DNA of 64,000 nt, from contig CAYMIL010000003.1 of NCBI GenBank assembly GCA_964390845.1, positions 4,425 to 68,424 of the forward strand, given 5' to 3'. This DNA is from an uncultured Candidatus Saccharibacteria bacterium (GTDB lineage: Bacteria; Patescibacteriota; Minisyncoccia; Phycocordibacterales; CALRHW01). Below the pieces are notes generated by a model. The model was not told the origin of the DNA. It saw only the letters and a program-made list of their open reading frames with translations, and made no database searches. The position numbers were made by a program, and so were the translations under genes. This document shows, in pieces, positions 28,031 through 37,609 of this stretch; the stretch's first letter is position 1, and each line of letters opens with the position of its first letter.

Positions 28031-28741
28031 ATGAAAAACATACTCCTTAGTCTCATCGTATTTGTGTTAGCGGGTCTTGGAACATTTTTTTACTTTACAC
28101 ACCCTGTTGAACAGCCAACACAAGATATTTCTGAAACAAGTGCAGACGCACAGCTTGAAGTTGTCTACACAGACACGCAAGCACTGTACCGCATAGCTTC
28201 AGAGCGTTCTGTCGCAACATTTCGTATTGGAGAAACATTGCGTGGAGAACCGTTTACTGCAGTGGGTACGACAAGTCAGGTGTCGGGTGATGTTGTGATA
28301 CAGAAAGGTGTTGTGGATGCAACAACATCACCTCCTGTATTGTTCACGATAGGCGAGGTTCGTCTTGATGCGCGAACATTTACAACGGATAGTCAGCAAC
28401 GCGATACTGCACTCAAGCGTTTTATTCTACAAACAGAAACGCCGGGTAATGAGTTTATGGTGTTTGTGCCGAGCGATGTTGTTGATGTTCCTGAGCAGAT
28501 TGTTTTGGGCGAACCCTTTACCGCGACTCTCAAAGGTAACATGACGATTGCCGGCATAACACATCCTGTTGAGTTCGCTCTTACTGCAACACAAACACCA
28601 GACACATTGTCATTGCATGTTGAGGGTGTGCTCAAACGCTCCGATTTCAATCTCACGATTCCAAACATTCCGTTTGTTGCAGATGTTGATGATGTTATTG
28701 AGGTGAGTGTAGATGCTATTGCATATATTGTGCACCCATAA
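28031..28741 (+). CDS. YceI-like domain protein with N-terminal TM anchor
   Basis: YceI family pattern (…VDATTSPPVLFTIGEV…NMTIAGITHPVEF…LKRSDF) after a signal/TM helix. Confidence 0.75.
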   Translation: MKNILLSLIVFVLAGLGTFFYFTHPVEQPTQDISETSADAQLEVVYTDTQALYRIASERSVATFRIGETLRGEPFTAVGTTSQVSGDVVIQKGVVDATTSPPVLFTIGEVRLDARTFTTDSQQRDTALKRFILQTETPGNEFMVFVPSDVVDVPEQIVLGEPFTATLKGNMTIAGITHPVEFALTATQTPDTLSLHVEGVLKRSDFNLTIPNIPFVADVDDVIEVSVDAIAYIVHP

Positions 28742-28743
28742 AC

Positions 28744-29376
28744 GTGTGTATGAAGCGGGGCATGCACACAAGAGAAAAAAGGCGATGCGGATGGGTGAGC
28801 GGGGATGCGCTCTATCAAAAATATCATGATGAAGAGTGGGGTGTGCCGGTGCACGATGACAGAAAACTTTTTGAGGCAGTCATTCTCGATACATTTCAGG
28901 CTGGACTCTCGTGGTTTACTATTTTAAAGAAGCGCGAAAACTTTCGCCGTGCCTTCGATAATTTTGACGCACAAAAGATTGCTCGCTATGATGCGCGCAA
29001 ACGCGTAGCGCTTATGCGCGATGTCGGCATTGTCCGCAACCGTCTAAAAATTCAAGCCGCGATTGCCAACGCGCAGGCATTTCTGAGGGTCCAAAAAGAA
29101 TTTGGTACATTTGATACATATATATGGCAGTTTGTGGGTGGAAAGCCGAAAGTAAATGCGTGGAAAACACACACAGAGCTTCCGCCTCGCAGTGTCGAGT
29201 CTGACGCTATGAGTGCTGACCTTAAAAAACGCGGGTTTAAATTTGTCGGCTCTACAATTTGCTATGCGTTTATGCAGGCCGTGGGCATGATACATGACCA
29301 CACAATAGATTGTTTCAGGTATAATAAGACATATAAAAGGCGTATAGATCATGCACGACGAACTTCCAAAAAATAA
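28744..29376 (+). CDS. tag: DNA-3-methyladenine glycosylase I
   Basis: RCGWV...YHDEEWGVP...LFE...FQAGLSW signature; start ambiguous (several in-frame ATGs); 3' end overlaps msrB by 26 nt. Confidence 0.85.
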   Translation: MCMKRGMHTREKRRCGWVSGDALYQKYHDEEWGVPVHDDRKLFEAVILDTFQAGLSWFTILKKRENFRRAFDNFDAQKIARYDARKRVALMRDVGIVRNRLKIQAAIANAQAFLRVQKEFGTFDTYIWQFVGGKPKVNAWKTHTELPPRSVESDAMSADLKKRGFKFVGSTICYAFMQAVGMIHDHTIDCFRYNKTYKRRIDHARRTSKK

Positions 29377-29752
29377 TGAGGAATGGCGAAGTAAGCTGAC
29401 CCCAGAGCAGTATGCTGTTATGCGTGAGAAGGGTACAGAAGCACCTTTTTCGGGCAAATATGTGCACACCAAGGACAAGGGTGTGTACAAATGTGCCGCA
29501 TGTGGTCAGGAATTGTTTTCTTCTGATACAAAATTCGACTCTGGTACAGGGTGGCCGAGTTTTGATGATGTTGTATCAAACAACAACATAGAGACGCGTG
29601 AAGACCGAGAGTTTGGTATGCATCGTGTAGAGGTGTTGTGCAAAAAATGTGGTGCTCACCTCGGGCATGTATTTCACGATGGTCCGACCCCAACAGGCAA
29701 GCGCTACTGTATCAACTCCGTCTGTCTCGACCTAGATTCGGGCAACTCTTGA
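29351..29752 (+). CDS. msrB: peptide methionine sulfoxide reductase MsrB
   Basis: Two CxxC zinc pairs and the RYCINS catalytic motif. Confidence 0.9.
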   Translation: MHDELPKNNEEWRSKLTPEQYAVMREKGTEAPFSGKYVHTKDKGVYKCAACGQELFSSDTKFDSGTGWPSFDDVVSNNNIETREDREFGMHRVEVLCKKCGAHLGHVFHDGPTPTGKRYCINSVCLDLDSGNS

Positions 29753-29776
29753 CTTTTTTCTTAAATCGAGTATGAT
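29749..29776 (+). promoter_or_regulatory. sigma70-type promoter with a roughly 120-nt leader for the RRM-protein gene
   Basis: TTGACT-16 nt-TATGAT; the downstream ORF starts at 29907. Confidence 0.5.
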
Positions 29777-29906
29777 AGCGGCAGTAAGTTTTCTCAGCAT
29801 TCGACGGGTGAGGCAGTGGGCGATGTTTATCGAAACACGATCTCCAGAAGAACATGAGAGTACCAGTCGCTTACGAATTTAAAAGCCAAAGACTGGTGTA
29901 TCATAG

Positions 29907-30179
29907 ATGGCTACAAAGCTCTATGTGGGTGGCATTCCTTACAGCTCAACAGAGAACTCTCTCCGAGATGCATTCTCAAAGGCTGGTGAGGTTGTGTCAG
30001 CTACTATTATCAACGACAAAGTAACTGGACGATCCCGAGGATTTGGTTTCGTCGAGATGGCATCTGCAGAAGGCGCGCAAGCAGCAATCGAGATGTATCA
30101 CGACAAGCCATTTGAAGGACGAACACTCACAGTGAACGAAGCTCGACCAATGGAAGAGCGACCTCCACGACGAATGTAA
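29907..30179 (+). CDS. RNA-binding protein (RRM domain)
   Basis: RNP-2 LYVGGI and RNP-1 RGFGFVEM motifs. Confidence 0.85.
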   Translation: MATKLYVGGIPYSSTENSLRDAFSKAGEVVSATIINDKVTGRSRGFGFVEMASAEGAQAAIEMYHDKPFEGRTLTVNEARPMEERPPRRM

Positions 30180-30186
30180 GTTGAAC

Positions 30187-30218
30187 AAAAAGACCCCTCA
30201 CGGGGTCTTTTTGTTTTG
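30187..30218 (+). terminator. rho-independent terminator
   Basis: AAAAAGACCCC-tcac-GGGGTCTTTTTGTTTT. Confidence 0.85.
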
Positions 30219-30232
30219 GTATACTGATATAC

Positions 30233-30673
30233 ATGAAGAGAAATTTTTTTATTGAAATTGTATGCCTTGTTGTGGTCGTGTTGCTGTTTATTAATGCGTT
30301 TACATCACGAACTATTCCACCCACACAGACAATTTCGGTCGGAGGCGCCCTCGTATCTGTCGAAGTTGCCGACACAATAGCATCGCGCACGCAAGGACTT
30401 TCTGGTCGCGACAGTCTTGGTATCAATTCTGGGTTGTTGTTTGTGTTTGATGAGCCCGAAGAGGTGGGTATTTGGATGAAGGATATGAAATTTCCGATTG
30501 ATATTATTTGGATAGATGAAGAAGGGGTTGTGATTGATGTTGTTGAAGGTGCAACGCCAGAATCGTATCCAACAGTGTACACGCCGTATCGTGATGCTAC
30601 GTATGTGCTTGAAGTAAACAGTGGTTTTGCATCAACACATCGCATTCGTTCGGGTACACGCGTCACTTTTTAG
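30233..30673 (+). CDS. DUF192 domain protein (membrane-anchored)
   Basis: GLLFVFDEPEEVGIWMKDMKFPIDIIWIDEEG...ATYVLEVNSG matches the DUF192/COG1430 pattern. Confidence 0.7.
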   Translation: MKRNFFIEIVCLVVVVLLFINAFTSRTIPPTQTISVGGALVSVEVADTIASRTQGLSGRDSLGINSGLLFVFDEPEEVGIWMKDMKFPIDIIWIDEEGVVIDVVEGATPESYPTVYTPYRDATYVLEVNSGFASTHRIRSGTRVTF

Positions 30674-30943
30674 TATTTTTTGCGAAAAAACCGCATTTTT
30701 TTGAAAAAAATGTGGAAAAGTCAAAAACTTTTTTCAATTTTTCTCTAAAAAATTGAAACGAGGTGTCAATTTTACTCCCTTTTTAAGGGGCATTTTGTCT
30801 TGTTGTCGGGCGCGCTCTTTACAGTCTCTTTTTTTTATTTCATGACCCCTAAAAATGGCTTTATCCACTGTTCTGCTCGCTATCTTTTTCGGGTAAAATG
30901 AGGAAACGACTTTAGAAGATTTTTATTAGCACCATATCCGAGT

Positions 30944-33613
30944 ATGAGCATCACTATAAAAAAGACGGACGGCACAAAAGAAGCGTTTAACGCTGATAAA
31001 ATCAATCGATCGATTGAGCGTGCGTGTAAGGGAATGCTTGATCCTATCAGCATGGTGACGCAAATTGCGACCGAAACTCGATTTACGTTGTTTGATGGCA
31101 TCACCACAGATGAAATTGATCAGGCAACGATCAACGCCGCACTTCAAAACGTCAAAGATGATCCGGATTATGACAAGGTGGCTACTCGACTCCTCCTCAA
31201 AACGATTTATCGAAAGGTGCTCGGTGATTATGATAAAGATGATGTCGAAGAACTCAAGAAAAAACATCGAGAAACATTTCCAGCGTACATAAAATCTGCT
31301 GTTGCCGACGGACGCATGCATCAAAACATGATCGACAAGTTTAATCTTGCCGATCTTGCTGGCGCGCTCAACATCGATCGCGATGAATTTTTCCAGTACG
31401 CAGGTCTTTCGGGATTCCTCAATCGATATGCTCTCAAAAATCTCGATCAATCTGTTCGGGAAACACCGCAATACTTCTTTATGCGTGTCGCGATGGGGCT
31501 TTCATACAATGAAAAAGATCCAACAGCCGCTGCAAAAAAGTTTTATCACAAGATGTCAAAGTTTGAGTACATCGCTGGTGGCTCGACAAACCTCGGTGCT
31601 GGCTCTGTGCGTCCCGCTCTCTCAAATTGTTTCTTGCTTGAGGTGCACGACGATCTCGATCATATCGCAAAATCTGTTTCCGACATTATGCGATTGTCGA
31701 AATCATCTGGCGGTATCGGCGCGTCGATGACAAAATTGCGCGCGGCGGGCTCACCACTGCTTACAAACCCAGGTACATCAACCGGCCCGACTCCGTTTGC
31801 AAAAATTATCGACACAGCAATCCGAGCTATTCAGCGTGGAGGAAAGAAAAAAGGTGCACTCGCATTTTACATGGAAAATTGGCATCTCGACTTCCCGGAG
31901 TTTATTGATTGGAAGCACAATGCGGGCGATGACTACATGCGCATGCGCACCGCCAACACTGCCGCGTTTTTGTCTGATGAGTTTATGAAGCGCGTGCAGT
32001 CGGGTGGAGACTGGTACATGTTTGATCCAAAGGAAACTCCAGACCTCAACGAGCTCTATGGCAAGAAGTTTAGCGAACGATACGCTCAGTATATTCAGAT
32101 GGCGGAAGAGGGAAAGCTCCGGATTTTCAAAAAAGTTCCTGCTCGCGAGCAAATGCGTCAGATTCTTGTTGCGCTTCAGTCGACATCTCACCCATGGCTT
32201 GTGTGGAAAGATTCTATCAATCTTCGAGCACTCAACAACAATACGGGCACGATCCATATGTCCAATTTGTGTACGGAAATTTGTCTTCCTCAGGACAGAA
32301 ACAATATCGCCGTATGTAACCTCATCTCTGTAAACATTGTTGCGCACATCAACAACAAAGAAGTAAATTGGGGAAGGCTCGAAGAGAGTGTGCGACTCGC
32401 TGTCCGACAGCTCGACAATCTTGTCGACATCAACGAGCTTCCACTCCCAGAAGCAAATCGTTCGGATAAAGAAAACAGAGCAATCGGTCTTGGCGTGATG
32501 GGATTTGCGGATGCCGTTGAGCGACTCGGCCTCTCATATGATAGTCCGCATGCGTGGGATTTTGCCGACAGAATTTTTGAATTCATTAGCTACATGGCTA
32601 TTGATGAAAGCGCAAATCTCGCACAAGAGCGCGGAAGCTACACGCATTTTGATGGCTCTGAGTGGTCCAAGGGACACGTTCCGTTTGATACTATCGCAAA
32701 GCTCGAGCGTGACAGAGGCGTTATGCTCAGTGTTTCAAAAGAAAGCAAGCACCGAGGTCTCAATTGGGATGTCCTTCGGGAAAAGGTAAAGAAAGGAATG
32801 CGAAACGCAACATTGATGGCGGTCGCTCCAAATGCAAACATCGGTTTGCTCGCCGCAACAACTCCAGGTATCGACCCGCGTTTTGCTCAAGTATTTTCTC
32901 GAAACAAAATTTCTGGAAAGTATCTCGACATCAACCACAATCTTGTGAAAGATCTCAAAAATATGGGTATTTGGGAAAAAACTCGTGAAATAATTATCGA
33001 GCGACAAGGAGATATCTCAGAGATTGCGGAGATTCCACAACACGTTCGCGATGTCTACAAAACAGCATTCACCACTTCACCGCACGCATTCGTTGAGGTT
33101 GCCGCTCGTGCTCAGAAATGGGTCGACCAAGCGATTTCTCGAAACATGTACCTTGAGACTCGCGACATCGACGAGACAATGAGTGTCTATATGGGCGCGT
33201 GGGAGAAGGGTCTCAAGTCTACATATTACTTGCACATGAAGCCGCGACACACAGCAGAGCAAAGTACTGTTGCGGTCAATAAAGCACAGAAGATTGGTAA
33301 GGTTGGTTTTGCTGCGATAGGTTCAATGAAGTCTGCGCCACTTCAAACTCCTGCGTTTGCCGCTGTCGGCGCGGTGACCGCTCCACTTCCGCTCGGCAAA
33401 ACAGTTCCTGTTGCTGAAGAGGTGAAGACTGTTGCGCCACAGCCTGTTCATACACCCGCTCCGGAGCCTGTGGCTGTCTCGGCGCCTATGCCAGAACATA
33501 AGCAGGGAGGTTTTGCTTCTGTTGCGGTAGCTACGGCAGAACCCCGGCGTGAATTCAAAGTGCATGGCCCAGTAGATCCAGCAGACGCAAATATTTGTGA
33601 TAGTTGCCAGTAG
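30944..33613 (+). CDS. nrdA: class Ia ribonucleoside-diphosphate reductase alpha subunit with ATP-cone and a low-complexity C-terminal linker
   Basis: ATP-cone N-terminus, catalytic NLCTEI motif, C-terminal CDSCQ redox pair after an A/P/V-rich stretch of about 90 aa. Confidence 0.9.
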   Translation: MSITIKKTDGTKEAFNADKINRSIERACKGMLDPISMVTQIATETRFTLFDGITTDEIDQATINAALQNVKDDPDYDKVATRLLLKTIYRKVLGDYDKDDVEELKKKHRETFPAYIKSAVADGRMHQNMIDKFNLADLAGALNIDRDEFFQYAGLSGFLNRYALKNLDQSVRETPQYFFMRVAMGLSYNEKDPTAAAKKFYHKMSKFEYIAGGSTNLGAGSVRPALSNCFLLEVHDDLDHIAKSVSDIMRLSKSSGGIGASMTKLRAAGSPLLTNPGTSTGPTPFAKIIDTAIRAIQRGGKKKGALAFYMENWHLDFPEFIDWKHNAGDDYMRMRTANTAAFLSDEFMKRVQSGGDWYMFDPKETPDLNELYGKKFSERYAQYIQMAEEGKLRIFKKVPAREQMRQILVALQSTSHPWLVWKDSINLRALNNNTGTIHMSNLCTEICLPQDRNNIAVCNLISVNIVAHINNKEVNWGRLEESVRLAVRQLDNLVDINELPLPEANRSDKENRAIGLGVMGFADAVERLGLSYDSPHAWDFADRIFEFISYMAIDESANLAQERGSYTHFDGSEWSKGHVPFDTIAKLERDRGVMLSVSKESKHRGLNWDVLREKVKKGMRNATLMAVAPNANIGLLAATTPGIDPRFAQVFSRNKISGKYLDINHNLVKDLKNMGIWEKTREIIIERQGDISEIAEIPQHVRDVYKTAFTTSPHAFVEVAARAQKWVDQAISRNMYLETRDIDETMSVYMGAWEKGLKSTYYLHMKPRHTAEQSTVAVNKAQKIGKVGFAAIGSMKSAPLQTPAFAAVGAVTAPLPLGKTVPVAEEVKTVAPQPVHTPAPEPVAVSAPMPEHKQGGFASVAVATAEPRREFKVHGPVDPADANICDSCQ

Positions 33614-33661
33614 TACCAGACAACACAATCCGTTTTTACCAACCACTAACCACACATCATT

Positions 33662-34687
33662 ATGTTGATAGGCAAAGCATCCCCAGAAGACATGAATCTT
33701 CACCCACTCAATTATCGGTGGGCATACGATCTCTACAATCAAGCAGTACGAAATACATGGTTTCCACACGAAATTGCTCTTAAAGAAGATCTCGAGGACT
33801 GGGAGAAGATGACAGAAGATGAGCGTCATGCGGTCAAGTTTTTGATGGCGTTCTTTAACCCTGCTGAGTTGATAGTTAATCGATCGATTGCGCTCGGTAT
33901 TTATCCATACTTAAAGTCGCCAGAGTGTCATTTGTATCTCGCAAAGCAAATGTGGGAGGAGGCAAATCATTGTGTTGCGTTTGAGTATGTGCTCGAGACA
34001 TTCCCTTTTGATCGAGAAAAGATTTTTGACCTTCATTTGCAGGTTCCATCGATGCAGGCAAAAGAGGTGTATATCAACAAGTATATGAAGCGTATGACAG
34101 AAGATACGCTCGACATCTCTACTGTTGAAGGAAAGAAAGATTTTATTCGAAACCTTGTCGCGACAAATATTGTGATGGAAGGCGTGTGGTTTTACAGTGG
34201 TTTTATGGTGGCGCTTTCATTCCGTCAGCGCAACCAACTTCGAAATTTTGGCTCAATGATCAACTGGGTTCTCCGTGATGAGAGTCTTCACTTGAAATTT
34301 GGTATTAACCTTATTCACAATATTCTTGAGGAAAATCAGGAATTGCTCACTGAAGATTTTGCATCAGAGATTCGCGATATTATTATTGAGGGCGTAAATC
34401 TTGAAACTGGTTACAACAAAGACTTGTTCCCAAATGGTATTCTCGGTCTCAATGCAGACTACGTCAACCAGTATGTGCAGTATGTTGCAGATCGCCGTCT
34501 TGAGGAGCTTGGTCTTCCAAAGCATTACAATGTTACAAATCCTGCAAAATGGATGAGTACAGCAACAGATGTGTTTGAGTTGGTAAACTTCTTTGAGGCG
34601 CAGAATACGAGTTATGAAGTGGATGCGCGCGCACACAGTGCTGGTGCCGAGAAAAAAGAAGGGGAGATAGCTCCCGCGAGCGAATAA
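33662..34687 (+). CDS. nrdB: ribonucleoside-diphosphate reductase beta subunit
   Basis: Di-iron/tyrosyl-radical ferritin-like motifs (EEANHC, ...VMEGVWFYSGF...). Confidence 0.9.
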   Translation: MLIGKASPEDMNLHPLNYRWAYDLYNQAVRNTWFPHEIALKEDLEDWEKMTEDERHAVKFLMAFFNPAELIVNRSIALGIYPYLKSPECHLYLAKQMWEEANHCVAFEYVLETFPFDREKIFDLHLQVPSMQAKEVYINKYMKRMTEDTLDISTVEGKKDFIRNLVATNIVMEGVWFYSGFMVALSFRQRNQLRNFGSMINWVLRDESLHLKFGINLIHNILEENQELLTEDFASEIRDIIIEGVNLETGYNKDLFPNGILGLNADYVNQYVQYVADRRLEELGLPKHYNVTNPAKWMSTATDVFELVNFFEAQNTSYEVDARAHSAGAEKKEGEIAPASE

Positions 34688-34716
34688 TACCCCCACACGG
34701 GTGATATACTAACAGT

Positions 34717-35742
34717 ATGAAAAAGATTAAAGTTGCAATAAATGGCGCGGGCCGAATCGGAAGAGCGTTTATCAAAGTAGCACACGGACGAAAAGAGCTT
34801 GAGGTTGTTGCGATAAATGACCTAGGAAATATCGATAATATTGCGTATTTACTCAAATACGATACAGCCTATGGCGTAACGCCGTTTGATGTAACTGTAT
34901 CTGCTGACAAAAAAGAACTTATCGTAGATGGTCAGAAGATTGCGTATTGTAGTGAAAAAGATCCTGCGATGTTGCCATGGAGCGACCTTGGTGTGGATGT
35001 TGTTGTCGAATCAACAGGCCTCTTCACAAGCTTCGAGGCGTCTCGAGCGCACATAAAAGCAGGCGCGAAGAAAGTGGTAATCAGCGCTCCAGCAAAAGAC
35101 GATGCTCCAGCTGACGGCGCGACAATTCTCATGGGTATCAACGAGGAAAAATTTGCGACATGCGCAATCACCTCAAATGCATCGTGCACCACAAACTCTG
35201 CAAGTCCGCTCATTGCGATTTTGCATGAGGCGCTTGGTATCGAGAAAGCAATGCTCAATACGGTCCATGCCTACACAGCAAGCCAGGGAATTGTCGATGG
35301 TCCAAATAAAAAAGATTTTCGTGAAGGTCGCGCGGCGGCGATGAATATTGTGCCGTCGTCAACGGGTGCGGCGATTGCTGTTACAAAAGCATTCCCAGAA
35401 CTCGCAGGAAAGTTTGATGGTATCTCAATGCGCGTACCAGTGGTTGTTGGTTCTATTGCAGACATCACCTTTATTTCAAAGCGCGACACAACTGCTGAAG
35501 AGGTAAATGATATTTTGAAAAAAGCTGCAGGCGAAAAGCGATGGCAGAATATTTTTGCTGTTACTGAAGAAGATCTCGTGTCTTCTGATATTAAGGGAAG
35601 TAAGTATGCTTCAATTGCCGACCTCTCCTTTACGCGTGTTGTTGGTGGAAATCTTGTAAAAGTCCTTGCGTGGTACGACAACGAAATGGGGTACACCCAT
35701 ACTCTCGTTGATCATGTGGTAAAAGCGGGGCAGGCGGCGTAG
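34717..35742 (+). CDS. gap: glyceraldehyde-3-phosphate dehydrogenase
   Basis: NGAGRIGR NAD-binding motif and ASCTTN active site. Confidence 0.9.
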   Translation: MKKIKVAINGAGRIGRAFIKVAHGRKELEVVAINDLGNIDNIAYLLKYDTAYGVTPFDVTVSADKKELIVDGQKIAYCSEKDPAMLPWSDLGVDVVVESTGLFTSFEASRAHIKAGAKKVVISAPAKDDAPADGATILMGINEEKFATCAITSNASCTTNSASPLIAILHEALGIEKAMLNTVHAYTASQGIVDGPNKKDFREGRAAAMNIVPSSTGAAIAVTKAFPELAGKFDGISMRVPVVVGSIADITFISKRDTTAEEVNDILKKAAGEKRWQNIFAVTEEDLVSSDIKGSKYASIADLSFTRVVGGNLVKVLAWYDNEMGYTHTLVDHVVKAGQAA

Positions 35743-35753
35743 TTTGTACAGAA

Positions 35754-35800
35754 AACCCACCACTCCGACAGGTAGCAGGCTTCCTGTTGTGTGGTGGGTT
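35754..35800. terminator. hairpin between convergent gap and a minus-strand gene (T-run on the minus strand)
   Basis: CCCACCAC...GTGGTGGG with an inner stem; on the minus strand it is followed by TTTTCTGT. Confidence 0.5.
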
Positions 35801-36293
35801 AGTCGCCGACTTGGATTCGGCGATGCGCTCCAGAGAGGAGGGGTTGGATCTCGTCAAACTCCTTCTGGCTGAGGACGACCACCTCCTTGGTGCCGTTCTC
35901 CTTCTTGACGAGGCGGACGATCTTGCGCTTGTCGATCTCGCCGTTTGCCTTGGTGGTGTACCAGTGGATGTCGGAAGGGCTGTTCACCCAGTGCTTGCCG
36001 CCGACGATGATCGGCACAAAGTTGCGCTGGATCTTGACCTTCGTCTTGATGAGCGCGTGGGCGACCTCGATGGCTTCGGCGTGGAACTCCTTCCATGAAC
36101 CACCCTTGAGGCGCTCGCAGAGCTTCTCGAAACCACCAGAGAGCCCAAGCTCGCAGGACTCGTAGATGAAATCGACGTCGTCGATCTCCCGGTCGCCACG
36201 GACGATGTCCGCGATGGTGTTCTCAAGACCGATGCCGATCTTGGGCTGGGCCTCATTGAGGCCTGGGACAGGAATGGGCGCGTTGTCAGACAT
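35799..36293 (-). CDS. hypothetical protein, 164 aa (GC-rich island)
   Basis: GC-rich ORF with a GGAG-containing SD-like sequence (GGAGATTCGACCCATG); no recognisable domain. Confidence 0.5.
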   Translation of the reverse strand: MSDNAPIPVPGLNEAQPKIGIGLENTIADIVRGDREIDDVDFIYESCELGLSGGFEKLCERLKGGSWKEFHAEAIEVAHALIKTKVKIQRNFVPIIVGGKHWVNSPSDIHWYTTKANGEIDKRKIVRLVKKENGTKEVVVLSQKEFDEIQPLLSGAHRRIQVGD

Positions 36294-36414
36294 GGGTCGA
36301 ATCTCCTTTTCCCCGGAGGGGTGTATAGGCTTGACGTAGAGGAACGTTCAGGAAATACAGTACAATATATACATATTTTAATCAATCCCTTAGGGTACGT
36401 GGTACAATATATTC

Positions 36415-36903
36415 ATGCAACAGATTTTTATCGCGTCCGATCATGCAGGATTTGAACTCAAACAAGAACTTGTTTCTTTTTTGCGTGGTATGGGATATGA
36501 CGTCAAAGATTTTGGCGCTCACGAATTTAATGCAGACGATGATTATCCAGATTTTATTGCTCCGCTTGCGCGTGAAATATCACAGAGTGCTTTACGTGGT
36601 GAGGATGTAAAGGGGATTATTCTTGGTGGTTCGGGCCAAGGTGAAGCAATTGTCGCCAACAGGTTTCCACATGTCCGCGCGGTGGTGTTTAATGGTCAGT
36701 ATGCGCCCACAGATGGTCGCCAGGTTCCGCACGAAATCATAACATCGCGCGAACACAATGACGCAAACATTTTGTCGCTTGGCGCGCGCTTTATTTCATC
36801 TCAAGAAGCACGAGACGCTGTTGAGGTTTGGCTTGCGACAAAGTTTTCGGGCGAAGAGCGTCATGTGCGTCGCATACAAAAGATAAACGATATCACTATC
36901 TAA
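36415..36903 (+). CDS. rpiB: ribose-5-phosphate isomerase B
   Basis: RpiB/LacAB family N-terminus IFIASDHAGFELK and the GGSGQGEAI motif; TACAAT box 7 nt upstream of the ATG. Confidence 0.85.
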   Translation: MQQIFIASDHAGFELKQELVSFLRGMGYDVKDFGAHEFNADDDYPDFIAPLAREISQSALRGEDVKGIILGGSGQGEAIVANRFPHVRAVVFNGQYAPTDGRQVPHEIITSREHNDANILSLGARFISSQEARDAVEVWLATKFSGEERHVRRIQKINDITI

Positions 36904-36907
36904 TTAT

Positions 36908-37609
36908 ATGACTGAGATTATTCCCGCAATTATGCCGACAAGCTTTTCCGACCTTGAGGATAAGCTCGGCCTTGTTGCTTCACACGTATCTCTTGTGCAG
37001 ATAGATGTTATGGATGGCCGACTTACTCCTGCAAAGACGTGGCCATATGCGACCGGCGAGCTCGATAAAAATTTTGTGAAAATAATACAGGAAGAAGAGG
37101 GGTTTCCTTTTTGGAATGATGTCGATTTTGAAGCAGATCTCATGGTGCGCGAGCCGGAAAAGATTTGGCGTGATTGGGTGAGTGCCGGTGCAAAGCGACT
37201 CATTTTCCATCTTGAGTCGCTTGCTCAGCCAGAAGAATTTCTCGACATGATGAGAAAAAATGCTGTCGCAAAGGATTCTCCACTCTACACAGAGATTGGG
37301 TTGGCGATACGGATTAGCACTGACAACGATGTGTTGTATCCACTTATTCCACATATCGATTTTGTGCAGTGTATGGGTATTATGGAAATTGGTGTGCAGG
37401 GGTCTGCATTTGATGAACGTGTACTTGAGAAGGTTGCGGATTTGCGTGCGAAGTTTCCTGAACTTATAATAAGTGTTGATGGTGGTGTAAATATGGAGAC
37501 CGTGCCACGACTCATCGAAGCGGGAGTTAATCGTCTCGCGATTGGTTCTGCAATATTTGCCGCAGAACATCCAGAAGACGCGCTGAAAGCTTTTCAACAC
37601 AATGAGTGA
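36908..37609 (+). CDS. rpe: ribulose-phosphate 3-epimerase
   Basis: DVMDG motif and TIM-barrel epimerase pattern. Confidence 0.85.
   Translation: MTEIIPAIMPTSFSDLEDKLGLVASHVSLVQIDVMDGRLTPAKTWPYATGELDKNFVKIIQEEEGFPFWNDVDFEADLMVREPEKIWRDWVSAGAKRLIFHLESLAQPEEFLDMMRKNAVAKDSPLYTEIGLAIRISTDNDVLYPLIPHIDFVQCMGIMEIGVQGSAFDERVLEKVADLRAKFPELIISVDGGVNMETVPRLIEAGVNRLAIGSAIFAAEHPEDALKAFQHNE

Noticed and set aside
30674-30943. Looked for canonical NrdR boxes upstream of nrdA
   Set aside because: No 16-bp palindromes matching the NrdR-box consensus were recognisable by eye. Only TTGAAAAAA repeats were seen, and these are reported separately.
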